A stretch of DNA of 64,000 nt. It comes from Octopus bimaculoides. Its lineage: Eukaryota. Both the position numbers and the translations under genes were made by a program. Shown one piece after another: positions 53,886 to 64,000 of the stretch. The notes under the pieces are model-generated. The model saw nothing but the letters and a program-made list of their open reading frames with translations. It had not been told where the DNA came from and searched no databases. How positions within the stretch are numbered: position 1 is the first letter of the stretch; the number at the start of each line of letters is the position of its first letter. The stretch is taken from contig NC_068981.1 of assembly GCF_001194135.2 (NCBI RefSeq), forward strand, positions 140,709,514 through 140,773,513, written 5' to 3'.

Positions 53886-56800
53886 CCTTATAATGGTATA
53901 TTTTATCCGTGTTGCTTCACTATACATTCTACTAATCGTCCCTGTAGTGAAAATAAAGTAAAAAGCAAAAATGTAATAATAATACACTTCTTCCGACATG
54001 AAGGAAAAGAAAACTCGATTATCATTTCAACGCAGGAAATTAATTTAGCTTGTAGCGACATTTGACATTGCGCAAACTTTGGCTAAACTGATATTAAGAG
54101 TGTATTTCAAGCTTATTTTCTCACATCTTTCGTCTTCTCACCCATATTGTCGATCATATTTTATTATTTTCTTTTTCACTTTCTCAGTAGATAATGAAAA
54201 AACTTAGCATTCGGAAATCAGTCATATAGCATAAACTTGTTCAGTGAAAGGCATACTACTAAGCACCAAGTAGCAAATACATTCCTTTCATGCAAAATAA
54301 TATATTCTTGTTACTAAGATCAATTCAATAAGCATTGAAATGAAGTTTGCTCTTGTTACTAAGAGATATTCTTATTCGTTGTTATATAGCATTTACTCAA
54401 ACCACATAGGCCATTTTACTGTTTTGCTGACATTAGTTCATACTTGATTACGGTCACGAAAATATTTCGGGTATTGTTATTTGTTTAGTGTGTTTCTATC
54501 TTGCTTTCTAACATACACTTTCTTATAAATAATACAAGTGAATTTATGAAAACAGATAAAGCTGCTAAATATTTGTTTATCACATACTTATCTCTTTCTA
54601 GAAAGAGTTATGAGCGTATATTTCGACTTATTCTAAATTACGAATCACAAATACCAAGGAATTTCTATTTGTCTCTTTCGATAGTTACGACGTATCTGAA
54701 AGGAATGTAAATACTCTTACTGATAATAAAAGTGAAAACTATAACAAAATGAGAATATATGCCACATATATCTTTCCAGTAAATGTTGCAGTTGCTATCG
54801 ACACATGAATACACATCAATATATTGATAGGTACATACCAATACAGGAGCTACAGTTGATATTTAATGCCGGTAGCTAGTTTAGTATTTGATCAAGATGT
54901 ACTTCTTCGTAAAATGAATCCTAACTTTATTTAGGTGAGTAACATTACTGCGTATTTTGTATTTTGCTTTTGGGCTCAATAAATTAATACAATATACTCG
55001 AACGTTATTTGTTGTCCACACTAACGCGTCGGGTGAAATAATAAAAAGAACTTCAACGAATCTATTCAGTGTTCCACAATCAAAAAAAGACCTACAGAGG
55101 TTAAAGAGAAAGATCATTCTTAATAAATAAACGGTATATCGGTGAAATGGCTTAATAATAGAAACATCACAAACATATTTCATGTGTCACGTAGAGAAGT
55201 ATAAACTGTGTTTGCATACAACGGTGATTATCGCTGCCATTAAAGAAACATATCAATACAAGTGATAATGCCGGAAATAGATTATTGAATAAATGTTGAA
55301 ACACATGGAGTCGTAATCCATTGAATGTAAGGTTCATAACAATATTCTTGCAAGATTAGTTAAAAGGAAATATTGACCAAAATTAAATACTAGCTCCTGT
55401 TATGCAAAAGCGAATAGTTCAAGCATACACTACAATTTCATGAGTACACAAGTCCTTCTAAAATTATATGCATGCGAAATTTAAATATTTGTCCATGTTA
55501 TATATATATCCTTTAATCTATACTGGGTCAATTTCTATAAATATATTTTCTGTCTTCCACCATACGTCAATTAATCATCTATGGTATTTGAATTTCCAAA
55601 TGCCAACATTTTTGGTAAGATATCTGAACGCGAAACGATACACATAAAATTATCAAATTTTAGTAACACATTTGAAAACCGGGTGAAATATAAATTTCTC
55701 GGCTTTTACCAATTTTTTCCACCTCTTTAAGAAGCCAAAGCGCAAGTGATGTTTCTTGTCAAGTAACGATGGTTTGGATGTACTGTATTGCGTAAATAAG
55801 GGATTCATTACATCTAACAGAAGACACTTTACCTCTGTTCACCTTTAGTGAAAGTAGCCTTAGCCATGAGGAACTCATGAAATCACACAGATTGAAAAAG
55901 CTGTGAGCCCCTGAGCCATATTATGGTCCGATTCGTTGGTCGGAAATCGCGAGCAAATCACTGATAATCCTCGCCACCTGGCGAGGAGTGTAGCTTTTCT
56001 ATGTGGCACTAAAAAACAGCAATAGCTCTTCTACTGACACTAAGAGGTGTTTCCCGTCTGGATTTCACGCTATGCTACTATTGAACGTTTCAATCATTAC
56101 ACCCCTTTCCCAGAATACAATCTGCATCGCTGCATTATGAGATCTTGCTCAGTGGTAACAATTCATTTTGAATACTTCCCCAGTAAATGATATAACAGTA
56201 CCCCGTTAGTAGGTCAGTAAACATTTTATGGCCGTTAACATCTCTTCCGTCATGTTGGGCCTAACATACTTCACGCCTATGTAAAGATTAGGTGTGTGTG
56301 TTATGGTTGCTTCATTGGTACTCTCTTAAAATTTTTCTACATGAGTTTGCAACCCCATACACCCTTGGTAGTTTTCCGTGAAAAGTATTTTGTCTCTGCA
56401 GAGGCAGCGAACTTACACAATTGTCAACCAAATTTTATTGGAAGTCAGTCGTTACTCAGGAATTCATGAAGGTCGATACAACTAAAAAAGATTCTTCTTT
56501 TAAGCGTGGAAAAACCCCATATTCGTGTTCTAAGCCAATGTCTAAGTAAAAACAATACCAGTACTGTGCTGACTGCAAACAAGCTAATATTTCGTCCAAT
56601 ACAAAATACACACACACACATACGCACATATAAACATATATATACACACATATAATTATATACATATATATACATACATAAATACATATATACTTACAAT
56701 ACGTGCGCACTTTTTTCTAACATCTCGGCGGCATACGTTTAATACAGATGGGACAATATTTTGATATGAACTTTCTTCTACTGATTTGATATGACTTCAC

Positions 56801-57654
56801 TAATTGTGAAAATGTTTAAACTATTGCACATGTTCCCATCATCTTCTTTGAATTTTCACTCATAACATATTGCCAAACAACATTTTGAGCAGTTTTCACG
56901 AAGGAAAAGTAATGCAGAGTTACTACGAGAAACAAGAAATGCACAAAAAATACAAAAAAAAAACAAGAACCGTAATATGAAAATTTAAGATGTACAACAA
57001 ATCTTTTGGAGTATATTGGAGTTATATTTAATTGGTTAAAAGTAGTGCGGTTTAACAGAATATTTATACTTAACATGCACCACACGCACATGCCAGCATA
57101 GACTACTAGTCACTCATCTACACACACGCACGCACACATACGCGCACACACGCACACACGCACACACGCACACACACACATATATATATATGTGTATATA
57201 TANNNNNNNNNNNNNNNNNNNNNNNNNNNNNNNNNNNNNNNNNNNNNNNNNNNNNNNNNNNNNNNNNNNNNNNNNNNNNNNNNNNNNNNNNNNNNNNNNN
57301 NNNNNNNNNNNNNNNNNNNNNNNNNNNNNNNNNNNNNNNNNNNNNNNNNNNNNNNNNNNNNNNNNNNNNNNNNNNNNNNNNNNNNNNNNNNNNNNNNNNN
57401 NNNNNNNNNNNNNNNNNNNNNNNNNNNNNNNNNNNNNNNNNNNNNNNNNNNNNNNNNNNNNNNNNNNNNNNNNNNNNNNNNNNNNNNNNNNNNNNNNNNN
57501 NNNNNNNNNNNNNNNNNNNNNNNNNNNNNNNNNNNNNNNNNNNATATATATAGATAGATAGATATAGATGCGTGTGTATGTGTGTTTGCATATATTTATA
57601 CATATATATGCATATAAATATATATATATACATATATATGAGTATGTATATGAG

Positions 57655-57691
<37 letters not shown>

Positions 57692-60647
57692 AAGTATATA
57701 TCCCAACACACACACACATATACATTCATATATATCGAAAAACAGCAGACGAAAACCGCTGCATGAACAACAAGCAAATGTATTAGTTTGACTCTCGGGA
57801 AATTGAGAAAGTCTTTTACGTTTCAAGCCTACGCTCTTCAATGGATAGGAATAAGGGAAAATAAACAGAGTGAGAGAATGAAAAAAAAATGTAGATTTCA
57901 GATATATAGTTATCATCACTGAATATTTGCAGAATATGTGTTGATAAATAAGAAATCAGGGGTCTGGCGCGAATATTTACGTAAAATTTAACGTGTAAGA
58001 ACACCTAAGGAAAAGATGGCAGTATGTTTTACTTCCCCGCTAAAAGTTCAAAACTTCCACGTCGTGTCAATGGTTGAAGGAATAAAGTTTGAATTGTTAT
58101 TAGATACGTTATTAGACTCAACACGATCAGCTAGGAATCTCTATGTCGATACGAAAAACAATTATTTTAAAAACTGGTTCAGATATTTTCAGTCAAACAT
58201 CATTATCAATTTTACATCTCAGTGATATACTTACTTCACAGGAAGTCATTATCTTATTGCTTGCTGTGCAATCTTTAAACAGGACGTTGGTGTTATTTAT
58301 AACAACCATTCTAAAATTATTATTAGGAGAGTATTATCAGTAAGACAGCGAAAAATTGGAACTGGAATATTTATTTATAGATGTAAATCGAAAGAGGAAG
58401 AGGTTAAAAAATCGATATTGCTGTTCGAATGAATACTTGCATACGAATGAAGTTAAGCAGGAAATCAGGTTAGAAGACTTATAATTAATCTATAGTATTA
58501 GTAAGACACAAATGGAAAGGGATTTGTTCCAGAATGTATTTGAAGAATTGTCGCAAGCCAGTAAAATTCCTGTAACGTTTCGTAAAGAAATGTTATGAAT
58601 ATGAATGTTTAAAGATAGCTGAAATGATGCGAAATATGTTTGCCGATACAAATACCAGGCTACCGGTGAACATAAAAATAAGTGTTATTCATATTTCGTG
58701 TTAAAAAATAATGAGATGTTGGTGGAAACGTAACAAGTTCTACAGTAGTGTTTTTTTAGGCTCCGTTGAATATGGCTAAATTATTTTGTAAGGGGTCGAA
58801 TTACACTTTGATTATTAGGATGTGTAAAATAGAAGATAACTGTATTGTCATTCATTAACAAACACGTTGTGCTGTTTCGCTCAGGATGTAATTTATAACT
58901 ATCTCCTTTGAAGGGATTGCAAAAGCATAGTCCTCACTCTGTATGTAGCCTATGTAGGTGTCACGAATCCAGAAGCTACAAATACTTGATGTTAATATTG
59001 TCAGTCTTTTGTAGTTTTCAAAAATACAACCATGCATATGTTTTGTTGTATGTAGAGTACTTTTCTTTAAAAATCTGTATTGAGATATGCGAGAACTGCC
59101 GTTCTCTGACCATGCGAATGGTCATCAGTAAATGAGTCTTCTTTGAGAAGTGAACAGTTGACATGTAGTTTGATGCCTCCTTCATTTTTCAGCACTTTAT
59201 ATATTTGACATGAAGTCTGTGGATATCAATTTTGTCGTTTATGTTTTCAGGGAATGTCAAGATCGCATGCATTTTAATGCCTAATATGAATGTATGTGTG
59301 TGGGAATGTCTATGTTTAGCATAATTCAGGATATTTATGATAAATAATCTTCATTACTTTTACTCTTAGTGCTTGAATAGTATCATTCATATATTAAATG
59401 TCAATTACGTTTATCCATGTTTTATGTCTCTTTCATACTTTCTGCCAGGTTTTTTTTTAATGTATTGAATATGTTAAAATAATAACCATGGTGTTCAATA
59501 TTATGAATTTTCAAATATACAAAAATAAGATAATCAAATATATGAGCCATCATATGGTATGTATTCAATCTTATTAAATTACATGAAGTTTAGTATAATG
59601 ATTTCTATATATCAATTTTCACCTTCATTTGTTGACAAAAACTGAAACCATCTGACATCAGACTCACCATGCTCATTATTTATTACTAGTGATATTACAC
59701 TACGGTTCATACTTCGAAATTTATTTAAAATCAGTGGCTTTTATACTCTTGCCGAATAAAACTAATTAAACAATAGCCAGCTGACACTCGCAGTCAATTA
59801 TGTTTTGGAGACACAAACTATGTTTTGATAATTGGTTTCAATGTCTACGAACTTGCGAGCGTTTATAGAAAATTGAGCCAGGGTGAAACACTTGGAGAGA
59901 GAGATAGAGGTGGGGGTTAAGAGAGAAATAAAGAGAAGGACAGGGTGGATAGATAGGACTGCGCCAGTAGGTGGGTGGCATGAGTAGAATTGAGCAGCAG
60001 ATTGCTTCTACGGAAATGAGGTGTCTTCCGCAAGGGCAGGTCCAGCAATTGAAACCACGACCGTATCATCATGTGTCCTCTATGTATTTTCAATAAAATC
60101 CCAAGGGTAAAAAGTGAAAAGCTCATGTTTTATCCGATTCGGTAAATACATTTGCAAATTATTTATTTAAATCGACAAATGTTTGATTTTCTTTGCAAAC
60201 TTGAAGTGATACTTGTTTACATGCCGCAAACATTATTGATTTAGTTCAAGTCACTAGAAAGAATTTAATCATGAAGATGGATTGAAATACACATCCTGGC
60301 AGCAAACTGTAATTTGCTGTGACACAATGCATTGGAGAAATATTATTCTATTCTAAGATACAAACAATTAAGAGCTGAAAGATTAAGAACAAAATGTACG
60401 TTATTATTTCTCGAGGAACATGATTTATAATAGTGTTGTTTATATAGAAGAGCTCTTTTCATTATGCTCGAGGATATTCTCTCTTAAAACACATAAATCT
60501 CAATCCTTATGATTTGCTAGATTCAGTGTTGTGCAGAAGAATTAAAATCATTTGCAATAAATTGTTTTAAGAATACTTATTTTAAAAAGAAAAATCGGGC
60601 CCTAGATTTGGATTAACTGCTTTATTTGCATTAGACTCTGGATGTCT

Positions 60648-60679
<32 letters not shown>

Positions 60680-61098
60680 NNNNNNNNNNNNNNNNNNNNN
60701 NNNNNNNNNNNNNNNNNNNNNNNNNNNNNNNNNNNNNNNNNNNNNNNNNNNNNNNNNNNNNNNNNNNNNNNNNNNNNNNNNNNNNNNNNNNNNNNNNNNN
60801 NNNNNNNNNNNNNNNNNNNNNNNNNNNNNNNNNNNNNNNNNNNNNNNNNNNNNNNNNNNNNNNNNNNNNNNNNNNNNNNNNNNNNNNNNNNNNNNNNNNN
60901 NNNNNNNNNNNNNNNNNNNNNNNNNNNNNNNNNNNNNNNNNNNNNNNNNNNNNNNNNNNNNNNNNNNNNNNNNNNNNNNNNNNNNNNNNNNNNNNNNNNN
61001 NNNNNNNNNNNNNNNNNNNNNNNNNNNNNNNNNNNNNNNNNNNNNNNNNNNNNNNNNNNNNNNNNNNNNNNNNNNNNNNNNNNNNATATATATATATA

Positions 61099-61147
<49 letters not shown>

Positions 61148-61166
61148 CTGTTGTGTTTTTGTACCT

Positions 61167-61372
61167 GTGTTTGTTTCCCTCCACCGCTTGACAATTGGTG
61201 TGGGAGTGTTTGCCTGGCTGTAATATAGCGGTTCGGTGAAAGAGACCAATAAAATAAGTGCCAGGTTTAAAATAAGGAAGTACCGGGTTTGATTCATCCG
61301 ACTAAAATTCTACATGACGGTTCCGCAGCATAGCATGACCTCAGTGCATGACTAAAACAAGTAAACAAGATA
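61167..61372 (+). mobile_element. SINE 3' half
   Basis: CGCTTGACAA...TAGCGGTTCGGTGAAAGAGACCAATAAAATAAGT...CCGACTAAAA...CAGCATAGC...ATGACTAAAACAAGTAAA parallels 15097-15245 and 42585-42630. Confidence 0.75.
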
Positions 61373-62361
61373 AGCAGGAAGCAAGATATATATAAGCAAT
61401 TTAAATATTTATATACGAAAGAAGTGATCTTTGAGAGGACACCTTACGTGCTAGAAAAGGCAGTGAATGACCAAACCACGAATAAAAACAATTTCAAAGG
61501 GAATGAAAATAACATAAAACATATTTTCTTGTTAGCCTCAGACTAGAGCAACTAAATTAATTTGTCATCTGTACTTCATCAGTAAAAATATGAAATCATG
61601 TTGTCTGTTAACTTTATCAAGCATGGTAGCTACCCTTATTATTTTCACAGTATATATATGTGCGTGAGGGTGTGTGTGTGCGTGTGTGTGTGAGTGTGTG
61701 TGTGTGTGTGTGCGTGTGTGCGAGTGTGCGTGTGTGTGTGCGTGTGTGCGAGTGTGTGTGTATGTGACGAAGAGTTTCCTTTCAAAAACTTTGTATTAGA
61801 TACACAAATATGTTCCAATTAATTAGTTCAACGTATTCATCTATTTTTTAATCTGATGTATTCTCCTATCAGCGAATCAGATACGTATACTTCGTTTGAA
61901 ATTGGAGAATTGCTAAGTGCATCGTTTATTTTCCAACTCATATCAGGTTCATTATTCTTTTACAGTTTAATGGATTTATGTCCATAGTTCTATATTTTTA
62001 CTGGTCGGCTTATGTTAATACAGGCTTTCTTTCCAGAATTTGATTGTTAAAGCTCTATATTTGCAAGTCATAGAATTGGGAAAGTTGACAGCTGTCCATT
62101 CTATGATATATTGTGATATTAGAAATCAGTCTTATATTTCTGTGGGACGTTTTATGAATTAGGAATAATTTTCTGATAATATTTTCGTATCCATCATTCT
62201 CTTATTTTTACGTAGTGTGGTGATGTAATTGTATGTTGTTTTAAATGCATAGTGACGGGGCAGTTGAAAATTGGAAGTTTATAACTTTTACTTTACTGAG
62301 AAACAAAGTTTATTTTATATCGTTTTAATATTGTTTTGAAGAGCACACACTTGTGGTGTGC

Positions 62362-62595
62362 TGTTAGCAACGAGTGTTCCTTTTTTTTATTAAAATCTTC
62401 TTGATTTCATTATATATTATTTTGTGTCTCAAGTTACTGCTATCTAGCACCTTCGGATGATCTCTACTCAACCGCTACACAGCTGCTACTCGACAGCTAC
62501 TCAACTGCTGCTCAACACTCCTACCGCGGCCAGATTACCTCTATTTATATGTCTTGGGAAATCCTATTTCTTCGCCTGGGGGCGTCGACACAACA
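62362..62595 (-). mobile_element. Probable solo LTR (234 bp)
   Basis: TGTT...AACA termini. On the minus strand TATAAATAG (62541-62549) lies upstream of AATAAA (62386-62391), with short internal direct repeats (GCTACTC[A/G]AC). No TSD found. Confidence 0.55.
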
Positions 62596-62725
62596 TATTA
62601 CTAGCGTCACCTTAGATTTTGCTGTGATATATTTGTGTTTAATCTTATGAGGTTGTGTTTCATTTTATGTGTATGTCTGTCTTTCACTGTGTATGCAATT
62701 GATTGTTACAAAGACATTTTTAATG

Positions 62726-62773
<48 letters not shown>

Positions 62774-64000
62774 TTTGTTGTAATTAATAATATTTATAAC
62801 GTCGTATTCCTCAATATAATCATCTGTAGCATAGTACATCAATCTGATTATCGGTTGTTAAGACGTTTGATTTACAATATGGGATTCATTGTCTACACTA
62901 GCATAGTTGGCAGATTATCCAAATTTTCTCCCAAATAGTGTTTCACAACGTCATTTGATAATCATGTGAGATTTCGCTCTCTCCCTGTAGGTATCGGTAA
63001 TTATTTGCGTCTTTTCTCCCCGGCTGTTTTGAATCTATCTATAAATAAGTTCAGTTAAATTGTAAGAATAATTGAATTGAGAATTGTCAAGGAAGCATTT
63101 CTTATTCAAACTTTCTTGACATGGACGTAAGCTGGACGTAAGATTTGCGAGATATCTCGTAATCAGTTTTATAAATACTTGACAATACATTAAAATTGTA
63201 AGTATGAGTGGCTCAGTTTTGTGCGTAGTCAGACATTTCATTACGGAAACTTGTATACTCTACTCTCAGTACAGTTTTGTTTTTTCATGAATTATATACT
63301 GATGTGTCTTAGACACAACAGCTAGATTTAAATATTCAAGCTTTTATTGTCTAATTGTATTGTTATAATAATTTCTGAGCTAGTCAATTTAAATTTCCTT
63401 TATATTTTCTACCAAACATTTGTAATGCTCTTATTGGTCCTGTATGTGATAATTATAGATTTTATATTCACATTTACGCGTGATAATTAAGATTTTCAGG
63501 AAACAAATATTGTCTAAGATAACGATAATTTAACGGAAAACATTTAGCTTGACAGGCTTTAAAAAAGTGGAAGACTCTGTATATTTGAGAAAATTCATAA
63601 TATGTGATTTTAGATGTGCCAGTGAATGTAGTGGGAGAAATGAATTGGAGCATAAATAGCTTGCTTTATTCAATTTCATTGTGTTCGCTTCCATTTTCAT
63701 CATGTATTTCCGTTTTCTTTGTAAAAATTTCTCTTTCCATTTTATAGATAGAAACACTGACTGCTATGAGGTAATCATCATATTGATATTTCAGCGAAAA
63801 ATGAAAATTTAAATTATCTCAAAATATGAATTGAGCAAAGCTGAATTGTTGTGCATTGTTGAACGAGCAAAGAAAAGTTAGAGGTATTTGCTTTGGCGTA
63901 TAAAAAAAAAAAGAAACAGAAGAAAATATTGGAAGAAATGAAAAGCAATTTATGCTATATCTAAAACAGAAAAAGAATAGAAAGTGTTGTCAGCTTTCAG

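Noticed and set aside
55780-56460. GC-richer stretch with LSLKVNRGK on the minus strand and a 9-bp-stem hairpin at ~55969-55988
   Set aside because: Possibly an old LINE RT relic, but the motifs are too decayed to assign; a short hairpin like this is expected by chance.

Overview
AT-rich eukaryotic genomic DNA from a gapped draft assembly (10 N-runs, most next to microsatellites). The repeat content (dense AT/AC/ATCT/CAT microsatellites, tRNA-headed SINEs, TTAGGG repeats) resembles a cephalopod such as Octopus; this is an inference from remembered repeat families, not a search result. I recognise no intact host gene, rRNA, tRNA or CRISPR array, so the window is probably intergenic or intronic. 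Most ORFs in the supplied track are microsatellite or gap artefacts. What can be supported is a set of mostly decayed mobile elements: a mariner, two Tc1-family copies, an internally deleted Ty3/Gypsy element with both LTRs and a palindromic MITE nested in its RT region, RTE, CR1 and possibly Tx1-like LINE fragments, several SINE families and a probable solo LTR. The most unusual items are a 572-bp GG...CC element with an 8-bp TSD (Merlin-like) carrying internal TTAGGG repeats, and a 147-bp insertion with a 13-bp TSD that ends in a perfect 53-bp hairpin. There are also several closely spaced inverted repeat pairs. I found no convincing novel multi-gene system.
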